A DNA stretch of 64,000 nt, from positions 5,785 through 69,784 of the forward strand of contig JALOTJ010000013.1 in the NCBI GenBank assembly GCA_025457965.1. The letters are read 5' to 3'. Below are positions 9,595 to 17,808 of the stretch, piece after piece. The stretch is from Spirochaetota bacterium. GTDB lineage: Bacteria > Spirochaetota > UBA4802 > UBA5368. Below the pieces are notes generated by a model, which made no database searches, had not been told where the DNA came from, and worked only from the letters and a program-made list of their open reading frames with translations. A program made the translations under genes and the position numbers. How positions within the stretch are numbered: position 1 is the stretch's first letter; the number at the start of each line of letters is the position of its first letter.

Positions 9595-10724
9595 GCCGCC
9601 GGCCCCCTCCGCGGATAGGCGGTACAGCGCACGGCCTCCTGGTTTTTCAGCAGCTTCGAGCAGCCGCCGCAGAGCGTGCAGTAATCGATATCGCCCGGAG
9701 CGCTTGCGAGTTTACGCGGAAAGAGCGGGTCGGCGAGGTTCTGCCGCCCGAAGCCGGCGACATCGACCCCGCCGGCGGCGATGTTCTCTTCGGCGTACGC
9801 GGCCGCCGATTCGCCTCCGGTCGAATAGGCCGAGCCGATGACGGCCAGGCCCGGAAACCATTCCTTTACGGTGCGCGCGTAGCGAAAATGATGGTACAGG
9901 TCGAAGGCGTTTCCCTTCACCGGGCGGGTGAGATGCGGCGTGAGCGCGGGAACGCCGGCCGAGACGTTGAGGTAATCCGCGCCCGCACCGACGATGGCGC
10001 CGAGTGCCGCGCGCATGCCCGAAAGCTCCTCGATGACGTCGCCGGCGCCGGCCGTGCCACAGCCCCCGCGCAGACCCTCGTAGAGCGAGACGCGCACACC
10101 GGCCATAAAGCCCGCGCGCGCCGACTTCGCGTCGGCGACCGCCGAGGCGACCAGGCGTGCCCTGTTTTCCGCAGATCCGCCGTACGCGTCGGCGCGATCG
10201 TTCATCGGACGGAGCAGTTCGCCGCCGAGGTAGCCGTGGCAGGCCTTGATCTCGACGCCGTCGAAACCCGCGTCGGCGGAAAGCCGGGCCGCCTCCCCGT
10301 GCAGGGCGCGGATCGCGTCGAGTTCGGCCGTTGAGAGCCTCGGGACGGCATCATCACCGCAGGCGCTGACGGGACGCGAGAATTTTCCGGCCAGACGTCC
10401 GGCGTGCGTGAGCTGGATGATGAAGAGCGCATCGGGATGTATCGCCTTGAACGAATCCACGAGGCGGCGAAAACCCTCGAGGGTGTTCGCATCGAGCACC
10501 AGTCCGTTGACCCGCGCGAGAGAACCGGCGGTGATCGAGACCGCCTCGACAACGACGATGCCCCATCCGCCGGATGCGAGCGATGCATAGCGCGCGAGCA
10601 CCGCTTGGCTCACGGACCCGCCGCGGCCCGCTGAATTGATTTCCATCGCCTGAGCCGCAAGCCTGTTGGGAATCAGCCTCCCGGCGAAGACGGCGGGCGA
10701 CCGTACTAGGTTTATGATATTCAT
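9591..10724 (-). CDS. NADH:flavin oxidoreductase, Old Yellow Enzyme family
   Basis: 377 aa with motifs FIIQLTHAGR, GFDGVEIKACHGYLGGELL, and GFGRQNLADPLFPRK at the C-terminal side. The terminal Cys pair is CTLCGGC. It is the first gene of the operon. Confidence 0.85.
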   Translation of the reverse strand: MNIINLVRSPAVFAGRLIPNRLAAQAMEINSAGRGGSVSQAVLARYASLASGGWGIVVVEAVSITAGSLARVNGLVLDANTLEGFRRLVDSFKAIHPDALFIIQLTHAGRLAGKFSRPVSACGDDAVPRLSTAELDAIRALHGEAARLSADAGFDGVEIKACHGYLGGELLRPMNDRADAYGGSAENRARLVASAVADAKSARAGFMAGVRVSLYEGLRGGCGTAGAGDVIEELSGMRAALGAIVGAGADYLNVSAGVPALTPHLTRPVKGNAFDLYHHFRYARTVKEWFPGLAVIGSAYSTGGESAAAYAEENIAAGGVDVAGFGRQNLADPLFPRKLASAPGDIDYCTLCGGCSKLLKNQEAVRCTAYPRRGPAA

Positions 10725-10789
10725 CGCAATTAATTGTGCTATTTACCGCAATTATAGCAACAATATTTTTCGATTTCGCTTGACCTTTA

Positions 10790-10818
10790 TTGTATTTTAT
10801 AATATACTTAAATACAGA
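10790..10818 (+). promoter_or_regulatory. Candidate sigma70-type promoter (TTGACC-N17-TATACT)
   Basis: ttgacc is at 10790-10795 and tatact at 10813-10818, inside a markedly AT-rich 270-nt intergenic region. It points toward the micro-gene at 10999. Confidence 0.35.
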
Positions 10819-10998
10819 CGTTTTTGACTATCATCCGCGGCTGACTTCAGGTATTGAAACAGCGGCGTTACTATAAGTTTCTTGTGTACAAGGTGGTGAG
10901 CGCAGGGGTCTTTAAAAATAATCCGCATGGAGCTAACCCGAGCGCTCCCGGCCGGATCATGTCGAATGCGCAGAATGAATTACCAGAGGAGAAAGGTC

Positions 10999-11139
10999 AT
11001 GAAAAACAATAACACGTCTTTCTGTATTGATGATCGCTGCGATTACTACCGCCGTACCGAGACCATCTTCAACAAGCTCGATGAACACGCCCGGGAAAAC
11101 GTGGACGAGCATTTCCTGGTGAAACACATAATGCTGTGA
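10999..11139 (+). CDS. Stand-alone small protein (46 aa), unknown function
   Basis: Sequence MKNNNTSFCIDDRCDYYRRTETIFNKLDEHARENVDEHFLVKHIML. RBS gaggagaaagg lies 3-4 nt before the ATG. A hairpin terminator follows the stop directly. Confidence 0.5.
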   Translation: MKNNNTSFCIDDRCDYYRRTETIFNKLDEHARENVDEHFLVKHIML

Positions 11140-11150
11140 CCCCTGTCACG

Positions 11151-11184
11151 GGGAAGGCGGTTGTAAGACCGCCTTCCCTTTCCG
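11151..11184 (+). terminator. Rho-independent-type hairpin
   Basis: A perfect 10-bp stem (gggaaggcgg / ccgccttccc) with loop ttgtaaga, then tttccg. It starts 12 nt after the micro-gene stop. Confidence 0.5.
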
Positions 11185-11460
11185 TAACACCTGTCGCAAG
11201 AAACTCTTCGAAAACAAAAAACCCCATGAAATTACATTGACAAATCACGGGCCGGTTCTTCCTTTACTCACAGTCAAACAGCCGGCGCGCACGCACAAGC
11301 GCTCTTTCCCGCATCGACGGGGGAGAGCGCTATTATATGTGAGCAGCGTTTTAATTTACCGGCCGGTTCCCCCATTGCCGCAGGGAGAATCCGCGGGCGC
11401 GGTTTCCGCGACCGTTTCGGTTCATGCTACTATTCAAGGAGGGGTGGCGTCGTCCGTCTT

Positions 11461-12057
11461 ATGGAGGAAGGATCAATTGCTCTGGGAGAAGCCCTTATAA
11501 TAGGACAGACCGTAAGGGGCCGGTCGGTTTTCGCGCCGAGGGACTTCGGCGCGGGTTCGTTCATCATAGAGTTCGGCGGCGAGCGCTTCGGCCGTGATGA
11601 ATACATCAGCCTGGTCGACCCCGACAACAACCACTTTCTGCAGATCGACCGGAACCTTTTTCTGGGTCCGACCGAGACCGCGGACAATTTCATAAACCAC
11701 TCCTGCGACCCCAACTGCGGCCTCAGGGTGGAGGCGGGCCGGGCGTATCTGTTCGCCATCCGGCCGATCGCCGGGGGTGATGAAATAACCTTTGACTATT
11801 CAACCTCGATGGATGAGGATTTCTGGGAGATGCGCTGCCGGTGCGGCAGCGCCGCGTGCCGCGGGAGGGTCGGGGACTTCAAGCATCTTCCCGTCGAAAC
11901 CAGGGACCGGTACATGGCTCTCGGCGCGGTCCCCGAGTTCATACTTTCGGGCCTCGGAAACAAACCGGCCGTTGCGGGGATGATCATCGAAACACGGGCG
12001 GGCGCGGGTTTCTCTTCCGCCACCGGCGAGGCTCGGGCGGCACTGCAGGCGTCGTAG
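11461..12057 (+). CDS. SET-domain protein-lysine methyltransferase-like protein
   Basis: 198 aa. SET motifs are NHSCDPNC and GDEITFDY. The post-SET Cys cluster is CRCGSAACRG. Confidence 0.85.
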   Translation: MEEGSIALGEALIIGQTVRGRSVFAPRDFGAGSFIIEFGGERFGRDEYISLVDPDNNHFLQIDRNLFLGPTETADNFINHSCDPNCGLRVEAGRAYLFAIRPIAGGDEITFDYSTSMDEDFWEMRCRCGSAACRGRVGDFKHLPVETRDRYMALGAVPEFILSGLGNKPAVAGMIIETRAGAGFSSATGEARAALQAS

Positions 12058-12125
12058 GGTCGCGGGCCCCCCTGGCGGCCCGGCCGCGCTCCTCCGCACG
12101 GCGATGACACGACAGGTGGCCAGAG

Positions 12126-12704
12126 ATGAGCACTGAAAGCGAAACAATACGCGACCGCGTCCCTTCCGAAGAAGAGTGCCGGAGGCTCATCTCCGAGCAC
12201 GGCATGCTCCCCAACATCGTCGCTCACTCCGAGGGGGTGATGCGCGTCGCCGTGGCGATCGTCGACGACCTGAAAGACGGCGCGACGGTCGACCGCGGCC
12301 TGGTCGTCGCCGCCGCCCTCCTTCACGACATCACCAAGACCCGCGCGCTCGAAACGAAGGAGCGCCACGATGAATCCGGCGGCATGCTCGCGCGCGCGCT
12401 CGGCATGGAGCGCATCGCCGAAATCATCGAACAGCACGTTTTTCTGAAAGACTTCAATCCCGGCGGCCCGCTCCTGGCGAAGGAGATCGTCTACTACGCC
12501 GACAAGCGCGTAATGCACGACACGGTCGTCTCGCTCGACGAGCGCGTGGAGGACCTCGTGATCCGCTACGGCACCACGCCCGAGCGCGTGGCCCTCATTC
12601 GCAAAAACCTGGAGCACGCGCGCGCGGTGGAGGCCAAGATCGCCCGTCATATGAAGACGGGCATGAGCGGCCTCTCCGGCCCCACGGAACGCGGGGATGG
12701 GTGA
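12126..12704 (+). CDS. HD/HDIG-domain metal-dependent phosphohydrolase
   Basis: 192 aa with VAHSEGV, LLHDITK (the HD dyad) and YYADKRV. Its stop overlaps the next gene's ATG by 8 nt. Confidence 0.8.
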   Translation: MSTESETIRDRVPSEEECRRLISEHGMLPNIVAHSEGVMRVAVAIVDDLKDGATVDRGLVVAAALLHDITKTRALETKERHDESGGMLARALGMERIAEIIEQHVFLKDFNPGGPLLAKEIVYYADKRVMHDTVVSLDERVEDLVIRYGTTPERVALIRKNLEHARAVEAKIARHMKTGMSGLSGPTERGDG

Positions 12705-14346
12705 GCGCTTCCTCATACTCGACTGCTACGTCGACGAACCCGCCTGCCTGGGCGTGCCCCCGTTCGTCGCCCCCTACCCGCGCTACGTCCACGGCGCCCT
12801 GCTTAACGCCGGTGTCGCGCCCGCGTCGATCGAATACCTGACGATCGACGCGCTCAGGGCGACCGGTTACCGGCTCGGGGACCGCTACGGCGCGGCCTTC
12901 ATCATCGGCGGCGCGGTGGTGCCGGGGAAGTACCTCGGACACCGAATCGGCACCACGGGGGAGATCGTACGGATCATCGAGGGCAACCCTCGCCAGGAGT
13001 TCGCGGCGGGGGGGATGATCGCGCCGCTCATCGCCGGTGGACACAGGCCCAACTGCGTGAGCGTTCTGTGCGATATCGAACTGTACGCGCACACCCGGGC
13101 GCTGTGCAGGCCCTCCGACGGCCGGCGCACCGCCGCACAGACAGCACGCTGGGGCGTCGACGGGGCCGCGCTCGTGCGTCTGCATCCCGACCATCCGAAC
13201 CTCATCTGCGAGATCGAGACCTATCGCGGCTGTGCGCGCCTGTCCCACTGCTCGTTCTGTTCGGAGGGTGCGACGCACCGGCTGGAATTCCGCGACGAGG
13301 AGGACATCCTCGCCGAGATCGACGCGCTGATCGACGCTGGCATTTCGCGATTCCGCATCGGACGGCAGGCCGACATACTCCAGTACAAAACGCCCTTCGC
13401 GGAGTTCCGAAACGGCTTCCCGCGGCCCTCCGTGGACAGGGTGAGCGGGCTCTTCGGCGAGCTTAAAAAGCGCAGGGACGCGGGCTCGATACGGGTGCTC
13501 AACATCGACAACGGCAACCCCGGCACCATCGCCAATTTCCCCGAGGAATCGGCGGCGATACTTTCGTCCATAGTCGACGCGATAACCCCCGGCGATACCA
13601 TCGCGCTGGGCGTCGAATCGCTCGACCCGGCCGTTATCGGGCGCAACAGCCTCAAGGTGAACGCGACGGAGCTGCTCGGCGTCGTGCGCCTCGTTAACGA
13701 CATCGGGGGACGCCGCGTGGAGGGACTCCCGGTGCTGTTGCCCGGCATCAACCTGATCCACGGACTTCCGGGCGAGCGCATGGATACCTTCCGCATGAAC
13801 TTCGAGGGGCTGGCGGCGATCGCCGACGCGGGCCTCATGCTTAAGCGCATCAACATCCGGAAGCTGCTCCCCTTTCCGGGGACCGCCGCCGGGGAGTCCT
13901 TCCGCGAGCCTCCGGCGAGGCTTCGCAACCGCTACGAGTATTTTAAAAAAAGGATACGGGACGAGATCGACCGGGTAATGCTGGAGCGCGTCTACCCCGC
14001 CGGCACGATTTTACGGGATACGCTGGTGGAGGAGCGACGCTACGAATACTCGCTGGCCAAACAGATCGCCAGTTATTCGATAACCGCGGCGATACCCGTC
14101 GCGCTGCCACTGAAAAGCTTCGTTGACGTGATGGTGGTCGGCCACCGCGAGCGATCGGTGACGGCCCTGCCCCTTCCGATCGGGATAAACGCCCTGCCGG
14201 CCAAAGCGCTCGAGCTTATTTCGGGGGTGGGAAAAAAGAGCGCGAGAGAACTGGTGCTGCGCCGCCCGTTCGCCGGGCCCGGCGAGGTGAGGACCGCCGC
14301 GCCGTCAATACCCGACGCCGTTATCGAAGGGATGGTGTTCGACTGA
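12697..14346 (+). CDS. Radical-SAM-like enzyme with N-terminal flavodoxin/B12-like module and C-terminal helix-hairpin-helix
   Basis: 549 aa. The cluster motif reads ETYRGCARLSHCSFCSEG at nt 13219-13272, which is CX5CX2C rather than the canonical CX3CX2C. The C-terminal segment LELISGVGKKSARELV is HhH-like. Confidence 0.7.
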   Translation: MGERFLILDCYVDEPACLGVPPFVAPYPRYVHGALLNAGVAPASIEYLTIDALRATGYRLGDRYGAAFIIGGAVVPGKYLGHRIGTTGEIVRIIEGNPRQEFAAGGMIAPLIAGGHRPNCVSVLCDIELYAHTRALCRPSDGRRTAAQTARWGVDGAALVRLHPDHPNLICEIETYRGCARLSHCSFCSEGATHRLEFRDEEDILAEIDALIDAGISRFRIGRQADILQYKTPFAEFRNGFPRPSVDRVSGLFGELKKRRDAGSIRVLNIDNGNPGTIANFPEESAAILSSIVDAITPGDTIALGVESLDPAVIGRNSLKVNATELLGVVRLVNDIGGRRVEGLPVLLPGINLIHGLPGERMDTFRMNFEGLAAIADAGLMLKRINIRKLLPFPGTAAGESFREPPARLRNRYEYFKKRIRDEIDRVMLERVYPAGTILRDTLVEERRYEYSLAKQIASYSITAAIPVALPLKSFVDVMVVGHRERSVTALPLPIGINALPAKALELISGVGKKSARELVLRRPFAGPGEVRTAAPSIPDAVIEGMVFD

Positions 14347-14373
14347 TCGCGAAAAGCGCCGGTGACAGGGCGC

Positions 14374-14700
14374 TCAGTACTTCTTGCGCTCCTTGTTGTG
14401 GTTGAGCCTGTTCATGATGTAAAGCGCCGCGTAACCGCCGATAAAGCCGGCGATGAGGTTGACCCCGGTGTCGTACACCAGGAAGCGGAGCACCCGGATC
14501 GTGATCTCAAGCAGCAGGCGGTCGAGGATGAACCCGCCGATGAGCGCGCCGATAACCCCGACCACGAGCCCGCCGATATAACCGCCGAGCAGGTCGCGCC
14601 GCTTGAGGTAATAGAAAAGCCACGACACCAGCGCGCCCAGGGCAACATAGAGCACGATGGCCAGGAGTTTCATTGTAAAGCTTATCATTTCGTCGGACAT
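14374..14700 (-). CDS. GlsB/YeaQ/YmgE (transglycosylase-associated) family small membrane protein
   Basis: 108 aa with Gly-zipper TM helices (GGYIGGLVVGVIGALIGGFILD, LIAGFIGGYAALYI). The true start may be an internal Met. Confidence 0.75.
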   Translation of the reverse strand: MSDEMISFTMKLLAIVLYVALGALVSWLFYYLKRRDLLGGYIGGLVVGVIGALIGGFILDRLLLEITIRVLRFLVYDTGVNLIAGFIGGYAALYIMNRLNHNKERKKY

Positions 14701-14726
14701 TGTTTTTCCCTCAAAAGATTATTAAT

Positions 14727-15341
14727 TCATTCAGGCGCGAAAAAAAGCTCACCCTTCCCCTTCCGTATAATCCGCATGTCGCCGTCGGAAAAGTCGACCA
14801 CCGTCGAGGGCTCGGAAACTTTCGGCCCGCAGTCTATCACCAGGTCGACCTCGTTGCGGTACACCTTTTCGAGGTCGTCCGGCTCTATAATGTATTCGCC
14901 CGCCGCCGTGTTGACGCTTGCCGAGATGATCGGCCTTCCCAGCGCCCGCACGATGTCGCGCGCGACGTTGTTGTCGGGTATCCGCACGCCGATGGTTTTC
15001 TGCTGCGAGATGGCTACCTTCGGCACCAGCCTGCTTGCCTTGAAGACGAAGGTGTACGGTCCCGGCAGGGCCTTCTTCATCGTCTTGAAGGCCGGGTCCG
15101 AGATGTTGCGCACGTACTCGTGAAGCTCGCCGATATCCGAGAACACAAAACTCAGCGGCTTGTTTCTGGCAATCCTTTTAATATGATAAATCCGCTCGAT
15201 CGCGCGCCGGTCGTTGATGTCGCAGCCGTACGCGTAGACGGTATCGGTGGGGTAGATGATGACTCCACCCTCCTCCAGCACCTCGCGCGTCTTCTGGATC
15301 AGCCGCTTCTGCGGGTTCTGTTCGTTGATGATAAAGATCAT
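14727..15341 (-). CDS. tsaC: L-threonylcarbamoyladenylate synthase (YrdC/TsaC family)
   Basis: I trimmed the start to MIFIINEQNPQ (cat at 15339-15341), giving 204 aa. Motifs are YPTDTVYAYGCD, KPLSFVFSD, PGPYTFVF, IGVRIPD and STVVDF. Confidence 0.85.
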   Translation of the reverse strand: MIFIINEQNPQKRLIQKTREVLEEGGVIIYPTDTVYAYGCDINDRRAIERIYHIKRIARNKPLSFVFSDIGELHEYVRNISDPAFKTMKKALPGPYTFVFKASRLVPKVAISQQKTIGVRIPDNNVARDIVRALGRPIISASVNTAAGEYIIEPDDLEKVYRNEVDLVIDCGPKVSEPSTVVDFSDGDMRIIRKGKGELFFAPE

Positions 15342-15511
15342 CGTTTTTTCTTCCCTGCGGCCCCTTTCCCGGACGGTCTTTCGCGGCGAAAACGTTTCAG
15401 TGCCGGGCGATCCGGCCCATCCCCCCGTTGCGGCGGGACAACCCGGTACTTTAAAAATCAGCGCTATGCCCGGTATACCTATCGGCAGCCAGGAGTCTAT
15501 TTGATTAGATG

Positions 15512-15552
15512 ACAAAAAAGGCTTTTGCAAGAATGCCGCTTGCAAAAGCCTT
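15512..15552 (-). terminator. Orphan intrinsic terminator on the minus strand, in the tsaC/rel divergent region
   Basis: A perfect 14-bp stem (15518-15531 pairs with 15539-15552) with a 7-nt loop. The minus-strand RNA ends ...GCCUUUUUUGUC. No annotated minus-strand gene ends here. Confidence 0.6.
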
Positions 15553-15685
15553 CTCCCCGGCATGTCTCCAGGAGTGTAAATGATTATCAATCATCCATAG
15601 AATCGGCCGTATCGTATTTTCGCTTTACTCTTTTTCATCGGGCGGGCCCGGTCTCCCGGGAACAGGCCGCCGGCGCGATTAATGA

Positions 15686-15714
15686 TTGAAACGGTGTCCG
15701 CACGATGCTACTAT
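15686..15714 (+). promoter_or_regulatory. Candidate sigma70 promoter for rel (TTGAAA-N17-TACTAT)
   Basis: ttgaaa is at 15686-15691 and tactat at 15709-15714, about 50 nt upstream of the rel ATG. Confidence 0.45.
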
Positions 15715-15765
15715 GACACTACCGGTGTGCTTCCTTCCGGCATTACGGCGGACCGATACCGAACG

Positions 15766-17805
15766 ATGTCGAAAATAGACCTGAAAATAAAGAGCCGCGA
15801 CCTTAACGCGCTCCTCGCGGCTATCGAGGCGAACAATCCCGAAGGGGACCTCGACCTGATCAACAGGGCCTACGAATACGCGAGCGAGGCCCACCGGGAC
15901 CAGAAACGCCTCTCGGGCGAGCCCTATATCGTGCACCCGCTCGAGATCGGCATCATCCTGGCGAATTTGAAGCTTGACACCACCACCATCGCGGCGGCGC
16001 TGCTGCACGACGTGGTCGAGGACACGCCCGTTTCGCTCGAGATCGTCAGGGAGCGGTTCGGCGAGGAGATCGCGCTGCTGGTCGACGGCGTCACGAAGAT
16101 TTCCTCGCTGAAGAAAAAGACGCGCTATAACGACCAGGTGCACAGCATCAGGAAGATGCTGATGGCGACCATCAAGGACGTCCGCGTGATCCTCATCAAG
16201 CTCGCCGACAAGCTGCATAACATGCGCACCATCATGTTCCACCCCGAGCAGAAACAGGTCCGCATCGCGCACGAGGTGATGGACATCTACGCGCCGATGG
16301 CCGGGAGGCTGGGCATGTCGCAGATCCGCGCCGAGCTCGAGGACACGGCCTTCCACGTCCTCTACCCGGTCGAGTTCGGGGAGATCGCCGCGAAGGTCGC
16401 CCGGCGCAAGACCGAGATCGAGGAGTTTATCGAGGACCTGCGTTATATCCTGGACCAGCAATTGAAGCGCCTCGACATCCAGGCCGAGATCACGGGCCGC
16501 GCGAAGCACTTTTATTCCATCTACCGGAAGATGAAGATCCAGGGCAAGAGCTTCGAGGACATCTTCGACCTGCGCGCCATCCGCATCATCACGGCGGAGG
16601 TAAAGGACTGCTACGGCATTCTGGGCATCATCCATACGCTCTGGTCGCCGATCACCTCGCGCTTCAAGGACTACATCGCGGTGCCGAAATCAAACATGTA
16701 CCAGTCGCTGCACACCACCGTAATAGGCCCCGACGGCCTGCCGCTGGAGTTCCAGATCCGCACCCGCGACATGCACGCCACCGCCGAGATGGGCATCGCC
16801 GCGCACTGGCTTTACAAGGACAGGGACTCACTGCACCAGCGCGCCTTCAAGAACTTCCCCGTTATGCAGAATATCCCCCGCGCCGAGGCCGAGCAGAAGG
16901 AAAAAGTGAGCAGCCGCGAGTTCATGAAGGAACTCAAGATGGACCTCTACGAGGACGAGATATTCGTCTTCACTCCGAAGGGAAAGATCGTGAAACTGGC
17001 GAAGGGATCGACGCCGATCGATTTCGCCTTCGCCATCCACACCGAGGTCGGCAACCGCTGCGTCGGCGCGAAGGTCAACAACACGCTCGTGCCGCTGAAG
17101 ACCGAGATTAAAAGCGGCGACATCGTCGAGGTGCTCACCAGCCCCAAGGGGCACCCGTCCGAATCCTGGCTGAAGTTCGTGCGCTCGTCGAACGCGCGCT
17201 ACAAGATACGCAACTGGCTGCGCAGGGAAGAAGAGGCCGAGCATAAACCCGAGGCGCCGCCCGAGCACAAAAAGACCGAAAAGACGGCCGAGGTCTCGAT
17301 CCCCGACACCGAGCTCTTCAAGATCAAGGGCATCTCGCGCCAGAAAAAGTTGTCGCTCTCGATCGACGGCACGTCGAACGTGCTGATCAAGCTCTCGCAG
17401 TGCTGCCAGCCGATCCCCGGCGACGACGTGGTGGGCTTCATCACGCGCGGCCGGGGCATCACCGTGCACAAAAAGAGCTGTCCCTCGCTCAAGCGGCTTA
17501 CGAACGAAAAGGAGCGCTTTATCGAGATCGTCTGGGAGGGCTCGGAGAACACCTATCCGGTGAAGCTCCAGATCCAGGCGATCGACCGGCCGAACCTCCT
17601 CAAAGACGTGGCCGACGAGCTCGCCACCTGCAAGACCAACATCATTAAGGTCGAGGCCACCGTGCACGCCGGCGACAACGCCCAGATTAAACTCATCCTC
17701 GAGGTTAAAAGCCTTTCGCACCTCAGGGACATCATCGGCCGGTTGAAGCGCCTCAAGAACGTCACCTCGATCCAGAAGCTCAACGAAAAGGTCCTCCTGA
17801 AATAA
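15766..17805 (+). CDS. rel: Bifunctional (p)ppGpp synthetase/hydrolase, RelA/SpoT homolog
   Basis: I trimmed the start to MSKIDLKIKS. HD hydrolase motifs are HRDQKRLSGEPYIVHPLEIG and LLHDVVEDT. The synthetase core is RAKHFYSIYRKM...DLRAIRII. TGS (IFVFTPKG) and C-terminal ACT domains are also present. Confidence 0.95.
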   Translation: MSKIDLKIKSRDLNALLAAIEANNPEGDLDLINRAYEYASEAHRDQKRLSGEPYIVHPLEIGIILANLKLDTTTIAAALLHDVVEDTPVSLEIVRERFGEEIALLVDGVTKISSLKKKTRYNDQVHSIRKMLMATIKDVRVILIKLADKLHNMRTIMFHPEQKQVRIAHEVMDIYAPMAGRLGMSQIRAELEDTAFHVLYPVEFGEIAAKVARRKTEIEEFIEDLRYILDQQLKRLDIQAEITGRAKHFYSIYRKMKIQGKSFEDIFDLRAIRIITAEVKDCYGILGIIHTLWSPITSRFKDYIAVPKSNMYQSLHTTVIGPDGLPLEFQIRTRDMHATAEMGIAAHWLYKDRDSLHQRAFKNFPVMQNIPRAEAEQKEKVSSREFMKELKMDLYEDEIFVFTPKGKIVKLAKGSTPIDFAFAIHTEVGNRCVGAKVNNTLVPLKTEIKSGDIVEVLTSPKGHPSESWLKFVRSSNARYKIRNWLRREEEAEHKPEAPPEHKKTEKTAEVSIPDTELFKIKGISRQKKLSLSIDGTSNVLIKLSQCCQPIPGDDVVGFITRGRGITVHKKSCPSLKRLTNEKERFIEIVWEGSENTYPVKLQIQAIDRPNLLKDVADELATCKTNIIKVEATVHAGDNAQIKLILEVKSLSHLRDIIGRLKRLKNVTSIQKLNEKVLLK

Positions 17806-17808
17806 GCC

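Noticed and set aside
12595-13761. A 388-aa minus-strand ORF antisense to the radical-SAM gene, plus the 306-aa ORF at 11796-12716.
   Set aside because: These are GC-driven antisense frames with no motifs. The plus-strand genes carry SET, HD and rSAM signatures.
15342-15590. An upstream extension of the tsaC ORF (287 aa in the track).
   Set aside because: The extension would read through a perfect 14-bp terminator hairpin and has no YrdC similarity. The canonical N-terminus MIFIINEQ...YPTDTVY begins at 15341.
15679-17721. Two long minus-strand ORFs (318 aa and 297 aa) antisense to rel.
   Set aside because: They are Asp/Leu/Arg/Val low-complexity mirror frames. rel is unambiguous on the plus strand.
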